A DNA stretch of 64,000 nucleotides from Rubripirellula sp. (GTDB lineage Bacteria; Planctomycetota; Planctomycetia; Pirellulales; Pirellulaceae). Numbering within the stretch: the first letter of the stretch is position 1; every line of letters starts with the position of its first letter. The notes under the pieces were generated by a model. The model did no database searches. It was not told the DNA's origin and was given only the letters and a program-made list of their open reading frames with translations. The stretch lies in contig OZ244207.1 of the NCBI GenBank assembly GCA_965216875.1, forward strand, positions 4,704,001 through 4,768,000, given 5' to 3'. Shown here in pieces: positions 1 to 9,969 of the stretch. A program made the position numbers and the translations under genes.

Positions 1-1404
1 TCCGGCAAGCCCGGCAAGCCGCGCGGTCCAATCGCGATGAATGGTCGACGCAAGATAAGAGAGCACGTATTCACGAACCGGAATCGTCTGGACGTCGACG
101 TCGCTGGTGCACAAGCGGTGTGCGATCGCCCATGCCGCGTCTTCACGTCCAATCCCGAGCAAACAGCGCATCAATCCCAACAGCCGCCGCATCGGTTCAG
201 CAAGATTGCTGACTCGCTCGTCATCGAGTTCCGAACGTTGTGCGGCAATGGCTTCATCAATCCAATCGTCAATCTTCAAATCGATCTGATCGATCGGGTA
301 ACCAAGCGACGTAAAGGCGCGTGGTCCTCGACCGACCGAAACCGCGATGACTGCTGCATCATCGACATCCGATTTTTCGAAAAGTGTCAGTGCCGCATCG
401 ACCTGACCATGACCAGCAAGGCTCTTCCAAGCCAAGTCAACTGCATACCGACTTGACGGGTCCGTGCTCGACAGATTGGAGACGGCTTCTTGAAAGATCG
501 CTTGATTCTGGCATCGGTCCGCTGCCAAGAGAGCGTGACTCCATAACCGCGTCTGTTCGTAAACTCCAATGTCATCGCGGCGCGCCGCCTCGGCGCTCTC
601 TTTCGCCATCTGATCCCATTGGCCCGCCAACATCTGTGCGATGGCGCGCATGTTTTCGCTGCCGCCTGCACGAGCCACTTCGACCGCACGCTCGGGGTCT
701 CCCATGACGGCATGAATCGCAACGAGTGCTTCGGTCCGTAAACGTTCGGGCCAAGTCTCGGACGATGTAGGCAGCAATGTGTCATCGCCAAACTCGATGC
801 CCAACAGCTGCATCAATTGAATGCGAGTGACCGCCAACTCTTTGTTGTCGGCGATCAAATCGATGAGTTTCAGAAGATCGCCAAGCGTGTCTTGCTCGAG
901 AGCCAACTTCACGTACACCGGATATCGGCGCGTCATCGCGGCGCTTAGGCGCCGCTGCAAGAGTTCTCGATTGATCGTCCCCGCGGATTCTTCGACCGCG
1001 ACCACCGCCGCAGCGAATTGCCCGACCTCCAACAATTCTTGGAGCGCCGCCGGATCATCCGAACGTTGCAACATCCGCGCAATATGCGGCGGCGTGTTTG
1101 GCATCGCGCCGCGACGCCACTGACGCAAAATCCAATTCGCCCGGGCAGCCACTTCGGGATCACCATCACGTGCGGCCTCTTGGACCTGCTGGCGCGTCTG
1201 CTGACGATTGCCCCAAATCTCAAGGGTTGCTTTCTGGCGGCTCGAGTAGCTGCGCCGCGACAACTCTTCAAGCGGCGACTCTTCTGTCTCGCGCCCAGAA
1301 GTTTGTGCATCGACCGCTAGCGGAGCGATCAAGTTTGCGAGGATAATGCAGGTCGCAGCCCAACCAAAACGCAGACCCCATCTCGACAACAACGAGCTTG
1401 GCAA
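1..1404 (-). CDS. Secreted alpha-helical (HEAT/TPR-like) repeat protein, 3' end outside the window
   Basis: Not in the ORF track; translated by hand. Open frame from TTG at 1404 (GAAGGA ~9 nt upstream) to the window edge: MPSSLLSRWGLRFGWAATCIILANLIAPLAVDAQT... (signal-peptide-like), then SYSSRQKATLEIW...VQEAARDGDPEVAARANWIL (HEAT-like). Confidence 0.8.
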   Translation of the reverse strand, partial: MPSSLLSRWGLRFGWAATCIILANLIAPLAVDAQTSGRETEESPLEELSRRSYSSRQKATLEIWGNRQQTRQQVQEAARDGDPEVAARANWILRQWRRGAMPNTPPHIARMLQRSDDPAALQELLEVGQFAAAVVAVEESAGTINRELLQRRLSAAMTRRYPVYVKLALEQDTLGDLLKLIDLIADNKELAVTRIQLMQLLGIEFGDDTLLPTSSETWPERLRTEALVAIHAVMGDPERAVEVARAGGSENMRAIAQMLAGQWDQMAKESAEAARRDDIGVYEQTRLWSHALLAADRCQNQAIFQEAVSNLSSTDPSSRYAVDLAWKSLAGHGQVDAALTLFEKSDVDDAAVIAVSVGRGPRAFTSLGYPIDQIDLKIDDWIDEAIAAQRSELDDERVSNLAEPMRRLLGLMRCLLGIGREDAAWAIAHRLCTSDVDVQTIPVREYVLSYLASTIHRDWTARLAGLAG

Positions 1405-1612
1405 GTTGACAATTCCTTCGTTTCACGAGGGCGGGTTGGGCAAAAAAGCGACAATGGCACCCGATCCAATCGTGTGTGCCGACCCGTTAAGATTTTAGCA
1501 GAGGTCAATCGGATCCGAGCCTTTGAATCAGGATTGCCGTCCGTTTGACACCCCCCGCAGCCTCACCACCCGAATCTTCCCGCCTCATTTCATGTCAGGA
1601 GCCCTTCCAATC

Positions 1613-2917
1613 ATGCGGTTTTCGACTTCCCAGTGTTTTTCCATCGCAATCGTGGCTCTGTTATCCGTTTCGGCTCAGGCAGCTGACTCTTGGCCCCAAT
1701 GGCGCGGTCCGGCACAAAATGGTGTCGCCGACGGTGCCGCGTTCCCGACCGAGTGGGATGACGAAGGCAAATCGGGCATTGTTTGGCAACGCGAACTGCC
1801 AGGTCGCGGAGGCAGCACACCGGTCGTCTCGGGCTCAACCGCCTACCTGACCGCAGGCGTCGAAGGCAAAAACCAGTTATTGGCCCTCGATACAAACACC
1901 GGAAAGACCAAATGGAGTGTGGCGATCGGTGACGATACCGGTGGCAAACACAAGAAGGGCAGTGGAAGCAACCCGTCGGCCGTCGTGGATGGCGATTTGG
2001 TCTACGCCTATTTTCGAAGTGGCGACCTCGGTTGTGTCGACGCAAGTGGTGACCTGAAATGGCACATCAATCTGCAAGAGAAATTTGGCGAAGACACACT
2101 GTGGTGGGACTTGGGATCCTCGCCAACGGTAACAAAATCGGCTGTGGTCGTTGCCGTCATGCAAACCGGTCCAAGCTATTTGGTCGCCTATGACAAAGAA
2201 ACGGGCGACCAACTTTGGAAAGCCGATCGAACGTTCCCCGTGCCTGGCGATCGCTACGAAGCCTCTCAAAGCTACGCAACACCACTCGTCGTCGATGTCG
2301 ATGGACGCGAGGTCATTGCGGTCATGGGTGGCGACTACCTAACGTTACATGCAGCCGATTCAGGCAAGCAACTCGGAAAGCTCGGTGGCTTTAACCCACA
2401 ACAAGAACAGTACTGGCGTTCCATCTCTTCGCCTGTCGCTGATGGGAACATCATCGTCTGCCCTTACGCACGGGGCGAAACGTTGACGGCCGTTCGCATG
2501 GACCAATTGATCGCCGGCAAGGGTAAAGATGCCATCGCATGGTTCCGAGATGACTTGGGTTCCGACGTTCCCACTCCTGCAGCTGCCGCCGGTCGACTGT
2601 ATGTGATCGGCGACAAGAAATCGCGTGGCCTGTTCACCTGCGTCGACATCAAGACGGGCGAAACGATTTGGGAAACCCGTCTCGAAAAATCACGTGTCGA
2701 TTTCAGCAGCTCGCCTTTGGTGGCAGGCAATCACATTTATGCGACCGGCGAAAACGCAACGACCTTTGTCGTTGGTCCGATTGATGCCGATCAACCGGCA
2801 ATGGTTTCCAAGAATGAGCTTGGCGATACCGCCAACTTTACGGTCGCCAGCCCCGTGCCGGTCGGAAGCGACTTGCTGATTCGTAGCCGCAGCCATCTCT
2901 ATCGAGTCGGCAAGTGA
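1613..2917 (+). CDS. PQQ-binding-like beta-propeller (BamB-like) secreted protein
   Basis: Signal peptide then WPQWRGP, GGSTPVV, LGSSP, SYATP, SSSP and W-docking repeats. Start moved to ATG 1613 (AGGAG upstream). Confidence 0.9.
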   Translation: MRFSTSQCFSIAIVALLSVSAQAADSWPQWRGPAQNGVADGAAFPTEWDDEGKSGIVWQRELPGRGGSTPVVSGSTAYLTAGVEGKNQLLALDTNTGKTKWSVAIGDDTGGKHKKGSGSNPSAVVDGDLVYAYFRSGDLGCVDASGDLKWHINLQEKFGEDTLWWDLGSSPTVTKSAVVVAVMQTGPSYLVAYDKETGDQLWKADRTFPVPGDRYEASQSYATPLVVDVDGREVIAVMGGDYLTLHAADSGKQLGKLGGFNPQQEQYWRSISSPVADGNIIVCPYARGETLTAVRMDQLIAGKGKDAIAWFRDDLGSDVPTPAAAAGRLYVIGDKKSRGLFTCVDIKTGETIWETRLEKSRVDFSSSPLVAGNHIYATGENATTFVVGPIDADQPAMVSKNELGDTANFTVASPVPVGSDLLIRSRSHLYRVGK

Positions 2918-2928
2918 GCTCATTTGCA

Positions 2929-3086
2929 GTGAGCCGTTCGCGTTAGCGTCGGGCCTTACCCACCTCGTTCCCACGCTCTGCGTGGGAACGCACGCTTCGG
3001 ACGCTCCGCGTCCCGTCCTTGCCCGTGAGCCGAACGCGTTAGCGTCGGGCCTTACGAAATAAAAAGAGCGTAGGGCCCGACGCTAG
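2929..3086. repeat. REP cluster: family A (GTGAGCCGAACGCG[C/T]TAGCGTCGGGCC) at 2929 and 3025, hairpin element GTTCCCACGC-TCT-GCGTGGGAAC at 2964-3013, left half of an IS-split family A copy at 3074
   Basis: Direct comparison with other copies in the window; internal palindromes. Confidence 0.85.
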
Positions 3087-4763
3087 CCCGAATTATTCAT
3101 GGGTTTTGAGATTTTGAGTTGCTGGGGTGATCGAGGTTGTTTTTCGGGGGCTGTGCCGAAGTCGGCGCGGAGGGCCCCTTACCCCAATGACCTGATTGGC
3201 CACGAGCGACTAGCGAGCGCTTCGATGGGGGCGATTAGTCGCTGGCATGGTAGGCCGCCAGTGCGACACTGACTCGGTGTAGGTGTCGCCAGTGAGGCCA
3301 AGAAGTTGGAACGAGAAGACGCACCTTGCGGCTAAGCAGTTCCACTCGCGCTGCCACTTTCACGACCAGTTTTCGCCAAGTCATCGCTTGCCCGCGACCC
3401 AATGGATCGTGTCGGCGATTGCGACTTCGGTGACGCTGCTTTTGAGGTGTTGGCAACGCCTCGAATGGAAGGTGGGTTGACGGATCGACCGGTTCATCCA
3501 GTGGGCTCGCAACGATCCTCCGTAGTCTCGCCAGCAAGTTGTAAGAGACACAGTGCAACATCATCCGGAACAGATTCGCCATGTAGCGGTGGTCGCTCAG
3601 GCGGTCAGCGCAGAGGTCCACACTCAATTCTTTGTTTCGGTTTTCACTTTCGCCCCGATCCCCATACTCTTGATAGACTCCGTCGGGGTATTGCTCGGCG
3701 CCTGGACGATTGGTCACCACGACACGTCGGTTGGTTCCTTCGCTGGTCACTTCACATTTAAAGACCAAGTCACGTTCCCGTTTCCAGGTTCCAGCTTGAT
3801 GTTTGCGGTGCATGAACCGACACTGCTCCTGTCCGGACGACTCGAATGCCAACTCGGCAACACACTTCAATTCGTCCGTAAATCTCCGCATTAACCGGTC
3901 CATTTGGTAACCGATGCTATACGTCACTCCGGAGCGAGATTCCAGTGCCTCGTAGATGTAGGGTGTGGCGAAGCCGTTGTCGGCTCGCACATGCACCCGA
4001 ACATCCGGGAACTTCTGACGCAACGCGTCGATGATTCGAAGCAGGTCATCGTCTGCGGCCAATGCAACATTGGCCGTCCCATACAGCAAAACAGGGAGAA
4101 CCACCTGTTGGTTTTCAGCACAAGTGATCACACGCTCCTGGTACATGTGCTGACGGTAAAACCCGTTGAAGAAGGTTAGTTGCTGGGCGCCGTGCGTGGC
4201 GTCGGCAAAGGTGTCGATATCAAGGGTGACCTCGGAGGGTGGCTCGTCAAACGACTCGACGAATGCCTTGATGAACCAGTCCTCCAGAGCCAGCAGATCT
4301 CTCGGGGTGATCCCATTTTCAATTCTGGAGATGGTGGGCTGACTCGCCAAATCCCCCTCTTGAACCGTACGCCCAGCGATCAACTTGAAGATAGGATCCG
4401 AGCGCAACGTGTCGTGATCGTCTTGGTCTTCGTAGCCAGCGATGATTCCAAAAACGCGCTGTCGAATAACGCTCAAGAGAGAATGAGTCGGCTTGCGTCT
4501 GACTTCGCCGATGCAATTAGAAAACGATTCAGTCAGCCCGAGCTTATCGTCGAGTTCGCGGAACACCACGAGGCCACCATCGCAACTGACATGTTCGTCA
4601 ACTTGCCGAACTTCAATCGTTCGCCCCGGGAAAAAGTCGAACAACGCTGGCTGTAAATCGTGTACCATTGGGGCGAGCCTTTTTGTGGGTCGTAAGTTGA
4701 TGTCAGATACCAACTTGGACGCACGAAAGGCTCTTTTCGTTCAACTCTGATGAATAATTCGGG
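3087..4763 (-). mobile_element. IS1380-family insertion sequence (1677 bp)
   Basis: Perfect 14-bp TIRs CCCGAATTATTCAT (3087-3100) / ATGAATAATTCGGG (4750-4763), flanked by CTAG at 3083-3086 and 4764-4767. Alternative parse: 13-bp TIR plus GCTAGC duplication. Confidence 0.93.
3235..4713 (-). CDS. IS1380-family DDE transposase
   Basis: Motifs SCDGGL, QRVFGIIAGYEDQDDHDTLRSDP, LASQPTISR, LDID, RADNGF, YGDRGESENRNKE, AN..R. Alternative start ATG 4668. Confidence 0.92.
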   Translation of the reverse strand: MVSDINLRPTKRLAPMVHDLQPALFDFFPGRTIEVRQVDEHVSCDGGLVVFRELDDKLGLTESFSNCIGEVRRKPTHSLLSVIRQRVFGIIAGYEDQDDHDTLRSDPIFKLIAGRTVQEGDLASQPTISRIENGITPRDLLALEDWFIKAFVESFDEPPSEVTLDIDTFADATHGAQQLTFFNGFYRQHMYQERVITCAENQQVVLPVLLYGTANVALAADDDLLRIIDALRQKFPDVRVHVRADNGFATPYIYEALESRSGVTYSIGYQMDRLMRRFTDELKCVAELAFESSGQEQCRFMHRKHQAGTWKRERDLVFKCEVTSEGTNRRVVVTNRPGAEQYPDGVYQEYGDRGESENRNKELSVDLCADRLSDHRYMANLFRMMLHCVSYNLLARLRRIVASPLDEPVDPSTHLPFEALPTPQKQRHRSRNRRHDPLGRGQAMTWRKLVVKVAARVELLSRKVRLLVPTSWPHWRHLHRVSVALAAYHASD

Positions 4764-4833
4764 CTAGCGCGTTCGGCTCACAAGAGAACCCCAGCTAGAA
4801 TGGTGCGTACAAGCACACACCCTACGTTGGCGA

Positions 4834-7167
4834 CTAGAAATCGCGGGTCGAAAAGTAGACGCATCCGATCGTCAACATCACCACGATGAATCCGGCGCAG
4901 CTCAGGACCGGTTTGACGACCTCATAGCGGTAGGTGTCTTCTTCTTCGGGTCCCTGGCCAATGGAGATCGATGACTTGCCGCTGACCATAGCGGCTACGA
5001 TTTCACCCAGGCGTCCCGTCTGGGGAACGACCATTCGGATTGGCGAGACCACGTAGGCATCGACTGCACGCCAACCACTGATCTCGGGTCGAATCGATTG
5101 CACAACCTCCCACGACTGAACGTCAAGAACGTCGATCTGATCGATGTCGTGAACCAGCACAAGTTCGCCAGCCTCGAAACTGATTGATTCCACGTCGCCA
5201 AACGACAGTTGCTTGACCATCTTGGCTTGAGCCGCGTCGACAACGCTGCAATACCCGTCATCAGTGACGACGGCAAATTTAGAGTCACCCAAACTCGCGG
5301 CCTGGCGAACAACCAACTTGGAATCAATTTCGATTTCGGCCAATGGTTCAAATGTGTTGGCATCGACGATGCGAATCGGTTCTTCCGCCCGTGCCACAAG
5401 GACCTTGCCATCACCGACCGCCATTGCAACTGCGACAGATCCGTCACCCTCGAGGAAGGTCTCTGCTGCGAGTTCCCACGGCCCCGATTTGCTCGCGGAC
5501 TTGGGACGCACCAACCGAGAAAGTTGACCGCGGCTAAAGACGATGATCGCATCACCCGTCGGATCGACTGCGATCGATCGCGGTGGTGCAATTGAAACCT
5601 CTTTGGGCGAGATCGTTTCGAAGCCTTCGGTAGAGGATCCAATCATGCTGGACAATTTGCCGATCCAGCTCGCTGTCGTCTCTTCCGACTTTGCTTGTTG
5701 ATCCTCTTCGGTGTCGTCCTCGCCTTTCTTGACTTCAACGCTTGCCGCTTCCAAAACGCGTTGGGTGTCGGTCATTGCCAGCAGCCCGGAATTCATGGCC
5801 AGCACACCATCGTCACCCACTTTGTACAAGCGAGTGGTCGAGGTTGGCAGTCGCAGACTCGGCTCGGCCTCCCAGCTACCGACCTCATAGACCTGGAGGT
5901 CGAGTGAGCCGGAACCGTAAGGATTGATGCGCCCGCCACGAACACGCGCGGTGGCAAAGTGCTTCGGATCGAGCTTCACAGGTGGAATCACAAGATCAAA
6001 GGTCAGTACATTTCCTTCTTCGACCTCGGCCCATGTATTGGTTTTGGCATCGTAGCCAACGACGCCGCCTCCGCGTGTCGAACCGACGAATGTTCCGTCG
6101 TACCGAGTCACTTGTTTGATCGCAACCGGCCGCGTCACAAAGGCGTCTGACAAGCCGCCCAAGAAGCCGACGACAAAACAGATCAATCCAAAGATCATCG
6201 TCACGCCGGTCGCCATGATTGCCGATTTCCATCGCAAACCGACAACCGCCGAGACGCTGTAGAAAACGGCAAACAGGAACACCGCGACCGGAATACACCA
6301 CAACAATCGTGGATTCCATACTCCCAAACGAAAGCCAATGATCAGGTAAAGACCAATGATCAACTGCGTCACGCAAAGGGTCATGAAAGCGCAACCCCCA
6401 ACGAACTTACTCAGGAAGAGCAGACTCCTGGAAACCGGCTTGGACAGCAGCAGGTGCAACGAACCGGGCTGCAGCATGTCCGGTATCAAATGGGAGGTCA
6501 CAAGAATGCCGGCAAGCACCAAAATGAAACCGAGCAACCAGTCGACGATAAAGGGCACGACCATCTGGTTGATCATGTCCACAAAGCGGGCCTCGTCGAC
6601 CGAGGCACGATGCGGAAAATCCATCCCGAAATAGTTCATGATGATCGTTCGTGGCGAACGAGCACCAAACACCCCAGGCAAGGCCACCTCGATCCTCAGA
6701 CGAGCACGCCGCCGCTTAAGCGAGTCGGTGAGTTGATCGTCGGGCGTGTCATCGAGCTCACGAAGTTCTTTTAGCCGGATCGTTCCCCGCCACGCTTCTG
6801 CGTCGTACCAACTTTCATCGCCAAGGCATTCGTTCAATCCGTCGGCGAGAATACTCAGGCGAATCCGAACTTCTTCGCTTCCGACGCGGCGCAATTGGAC
6901 CTGCAAGTCCTCTGGCATTGCCGCGGCAATCCGGCCAATCGGCTTCGGCTGCTCGGTCGGGTCCACAAGGCCGCGTGCCAACAACGCCTTGAGCTGGGTG
7001 CCGTTGTGAAAGTCACCAACGCGGAATTCGGTCGTGTAGTCCTCGCGGTAACCAATGGGCGCCAGCGCAGCCAGCAACAACCAGATCGCGACGAGCGCTA
7101 GCCACAATACTCGAGAGGCGAGTGCCGCACGAAAGGAATCGGCCAGTATTGCAAGGTAGGGACGCAT
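4834..7167 (-). CDS. ABC-2-type exporter permease with large extracytoplasmic insertions
   Basis: N-terminal TM, GSLHLLLSKPVSR..LFLSKF motif, TM cluster, C-terminal TM ending F.TRDF. Coupled to the ABC ATPase. Confidence 0.85.
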   Translation of the reverse strand: MRPYLAILADSFRAALASRVLWLALVAIWLLLAALAPIGYREDYTTEFRVGDFHNGTQLKALLARGLVDPTEQPKPIGRIAAAMPEDLQVQLRRVGSEEVRIRLSILADGLNECLGDESWYDAEAWRGTIRLKELRELDDTPDDQLTDSLKRRRARLRIEVALPGVFGARSPRTIIMNYFGMDFPHRASVDEARFVDMINQMVVPFIVDWLLGFILVLAGILVTSHLIPDMLQPGSLHLLLSKPVSRSLLFLSKFVGGCAFMTLCVTQLIIGLYLIIGFRLGVWNPRLLWCIPVAVFLFAVFYSVSAVVGLRWKSAIMATGVTMIFGLICFVVGFLGGLSDAFVTRPVAIKQVTRYDGTFVGSTRGGGVVGYDAKTNTWAEVEEGNVLTFDLVIPPVKLDPKHFATARVRGGRINPYGSGSLDLQVYEVGSWEAEPSLRLPTSTTRLYKVGDDGVLAMNSGLLAMTDTQRVLEAASVEVKKGEDDTEEDQQAKSEETTASWIGKLSSMIGSSTEGFETISPKEVSIAPPRSIAVDPTGDAIIVFSRGQLSRLVRPKSASKSGPWELAAETFLEGDGSVAVAMAVGDGKVLVARAEEPIRIVDANTFEPLAEIEIDSKLVVRQAASLGDSKFAVVTDDGYCSVVDAAQAKMVKQLSFGDVESISFEAGELVLVHDIDQIDVLDVQSWEVVQSIRPEISGWRAVDAYVVSPIRMVVPQTGRLGEIVAAMVSGKSSISIGQGPEEEDTYRYEVVKPVLSCAGFIVVMLTIGCVYFSTRDF

Positions 7168-8216
7168 CAGACCTCTGTCTCCGAAAAGAGGTCATCTTCA
7201 TCATTCCCGACAAGGTGCATGAACGTGTCTTCCAAGCTTGGGCGTTGGATTTCAATTTTCCGGATCGAAATCTTCGCTTCGCGTAAGAGGTCAACCACGC
7301 GATCGATGTCGCTTTGATTGGTCGCCTGCAAAGTGATTTGTTGGTCAAGTTGCTCCGTCGCGGCCACCTCGACGGTCAGGTCGCCGGCGTTTTCCTGGAG
7401 CAACGTTTGCACCGTTTTCTGATGATCTTCGTTGACATCCCCGTCAAGAAAAGTCGTATCGATCACGGTCTTGCGACTCACGCGATCAACCGCAAGCTCA
7501 TCCGGTTTGCCAGAACCACGCAAGCGTCCCTTGGCCAGAATCGCGACGCGCGTGCAGACCAGTTCGACTTCTTGAAGAATGTGACTGTTCAGGAAGATCG
7601 TTTTCCCCTCGTCACGAAGTCGCTCGATCACTGCGCGGACTTGTGAGCGTCCCACTGGATCCAATCCGTCAGTCGGTTCATCCAGGACAAGAAGATCCGG
7701 GTTGTGCATCAACGCTTGCGCCAATCCAAGTCGTTGTCGCATCCCCTTACTGAAACGCCTCACCGATTCCTTATCGCGATCAGCCAGTCCAACAAGCTCT
7801 AGCAATTCATCGCTTCGCTTGGCGATTTGCTGGCCCGTCATGTTGCTCAGTCGTCCGTAGAAGTTGAGCGCTGATCGAGCGGTATGGTGAGGGTCGATGC
7901 TAAGCGACTCAGGCAAATAGCCAACACGCGAGCGAGCTTCGGCGCTGCCGATCGGTGAATCGAACAGATAGGCTTCGCCGCCTGTCGGTTTAACGACACC
8001 GAGCAGGACTTTGATCAGTGTCGTTTTGCCGGCACCGTTGGGGCCGAGCAGTCCGAAGACTTCGCCGGCGGAGGCTTCAAGTGAAACACCGCGAAGCGCT
8101 TCGATGGTTTTGCGTTTGCGTATCGACCAACTGCGATACGTTTTGCGCACATCCCGCACGTCAACGATCGTTTTGGAAGATCCCCCAGCGGGCCCTGAAC
8201 GGTCCCCGGCATCCAT
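7167..8216 (-). CDS. ABC transporter ATP-binding protein
   Basis: Walker A GPNGAGKT, signature FSKGMRQ, Walker B LVLDEPT, H-loop NSH. Start uncertain (8216 or 8231). Confidence 0.92.
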   Translation of the reverse strand: MDAGDRSGPAGGSSKTIVDVRDVRKTYRSWSIRKRKTIEALRGVSLEASAGEVFGLLGPNGAGKTTLIKVLLGVVKPTGGEAYLFDSPIGSAEARSRVGYLPESLSIDPHHTARSALNFYGRLSNMTGQQIAKRSDELLELVGLADRDKESVRRFSKGMRQRLGLAQALMHNPDLLVLDEPTDGLDPVGRSQVRAVIERLRDEGKTIFLNSHILQEVELVCTRVAILAKGRLRGSGKPDELAVDRVSRKTVIDTTFLDGDVNEDHQKTVQTLLQENAGDLTVEVAATEQLDQQITLQATNQSDIDRVVDLLREAKISIRKIEIQRPSLEDTFMHLVGNDEDDLFSETEV

Positions 8217-8238
8217 CAAGGTGGTAGTCAAAGTTGAT

Positions 8239-8685
8239 TCACGCGGCAAAGGAACGCACAAGCAAGTACGTTAACCATACGATGGTGACCATCACCAAAC
8301 CGGCCGCGAGCCAACGGTGACCGGGGTGCCGCCAAGTCGGACGCAGCAATTCTCTCTCGTAGCGGTGACGGTAGCGTTCTCGTTCGTGTTCCGACTCGAA
8401 CACGCGGTCTTCGACCAATTCAAGCAATCCGAATTGGACAGAATACTCGACCACTCCGAAAACGCTTTGGCGACGACCTTGTGTATCGGCACCAATGCCT
8501 TCAAAGTACCACAACTGGCTGCCAAACGCCTGATCGGTTTCCGCCTGGTCATCAATGCATCGAAGCTGGACCACGTCACTGCGGTCTTCGCAAAAGCGTG
8601 CACGCAACATCGCGCGGTTGCAATCCAACCGAACTTGGCGGATCGTCCGTTCTGAATATCGTCGTGCGCGAGTCTCGGCACTCAT
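8239..8685 (-). CDS. Hypothetical protein with C-terminal TM helix
   Basis: 148-aa ORF with ATG start and hydrophobic C-terminus (WLAAGLVMVTIVWLTYLLV), directly upstream of the ABC genes on the same strand. Confidence 0.7.
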   Translation of the reverse strand: MSAETRARRYSERTIRQVRLDCNRAMLRARFCEDRSDVVQLRCIDDQAETDQAFGSQLWYFEGIGADTQGRRQSVFGVVEYSVQFGLLELVEDRVFESEHERERYRHRYERELLRPTWRHPGHRWLAAGLVMVTIVWLTYLLVRSFAA

Positions 8686-8912
8686 CGTGCGTGCTCCAAC
8701 TGATCCGCCTAGGGAATCGAAACTACCATTGTTTTATTATTGCGGGTCGGCAACGACGCGTCATCGCCGGAACCGACGATTTTTGCATTCGGTTTGCCGA
8801 ATAAAATCCCGACGATCGCGGGGGGCGAGACAATTTTTAACCTCTACAATCGCTCTACCAGCCTTTCCAATCTCGCCTGTCCTGCCCCTCTCGAGCCGAC
8901 TCTCCTAACCTC

Positions 8913-9821
8913 GTGTCCGACCTCCCGCTTCATCTCTTGTTCCCACTTCTGGCAAGTTTGCTGTTTGTCAGCGGGCTGATCTTCATCAAGCGAACCAGCG
9001 AAGCAGGCGTCAATCCTTGGACCGTGACCTTCATCGCCAACCAATGGGCAGCGATTCTCTTCACCTTCGTTTGGTTTTCCGGCGGCCAAGTCCCCTCGCT
9101 CACACTGCTGTGGCAGCCAGCTCTGATTGCGATCCTCTACATTCTTGGTCAAATCTTTACCTTCTCGGCCATTCGCTATGGTGATGTTTCGGTGGCGACA
9201 CCGGTCTTCGGCATCAAAGTTGTCCTGGTCGCTTTTCTTCTAGCGGTCGGTTTCAGCGTCAAATTGCCGCCCGGAATCTGGGCCGGCGCTTCGATGGCAA
9301 CGGTCGGAATTGCGTTGGTGCAGTGGAATCCATCGGCATCGTCGACCGTGCGAGAGAAAAAGTCGATGGTGCTGGCGCTTGTCTTCGCCGTACTTGCCGC
9401 TTCGTCCTTTGCGACGTTTGATGTCGTTGTCCAGCAGTTTTCGCCCCGCTGGGGCGCGGGGCGTCTCTTGCCGATTTCGTATTGGATGGTCGCCTTCCTG
9501 TCGCTCGGGTTCCTGCCGTGGTTCCAGCCTCAGTATCTGAAATCGAGCTCAACGCGGCTGCCGCTGCTCATCGGAACACTTCTGATTGGCATGCAAGCGA
9601 TCTGCATCGTCTACACCGTGGCGACCTACGGCGACGCCGCTCGGGTCAACGTCGTCTATGCGATGCGGGGCATGTGGGGAGTCCTGCTTGCCTATTTGGC
9701 CGCAAAGCGATGGGGCGGGGTCGAAGCTCATTTGCCGCGCCGAGTTCTTGTTGCTCGCTTCATGGGCGCCGGTCTGCTCACCGCCGCGGTCGTCCTGATC
9801 ATCGTCTCTGGCACGGAATAG
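8913..9821 (+). CDS. DMT/EamA-family transporter
   Basis: About 10 hydrophobic segments in a two-fold repeat; AIRYGDVSVATP motif. Confidence 0.85.
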   Translation: MSDLPLHLLFPLLASLLFVSGLIFIKRTSEAGVNPWTVTFIANQWAAILFTFVWFSGGQVPSLTLLWQPALIAILYILGQIFTFSAIRYGDVSVATPVFGIKVVLVAFLLAVGFSVKLPPGIWAGASMATVGIALVQWNPSASSTVREKKSMVLALVFAVLAASSFATFDVVVQQFSPRWGAGRLLPISYWMVAFLSLGFLPWFQPQYLKSSSTRLPLLIGTLLIGMQAICIVYTVATYGDAARVNVVYAMRGMWGVLLAYLAAKRWGGVEAHLPRRVLVARFMGAGLLTAAVVLIIVSGTE

Positions 9822-9969
9822 CGTTTGGACGCGCGATTGGACGAGGAGGCAACTTTCCTTTCCCGCTCGCTCCGACGACAATTGAATTCGGCTTCCTCGC
9901 CCAAGAGTCCAACATCCACGGCAAGATACCCGGCATCCACGAAAAGACGCCCAGCGAAAAAGGTAGTTC

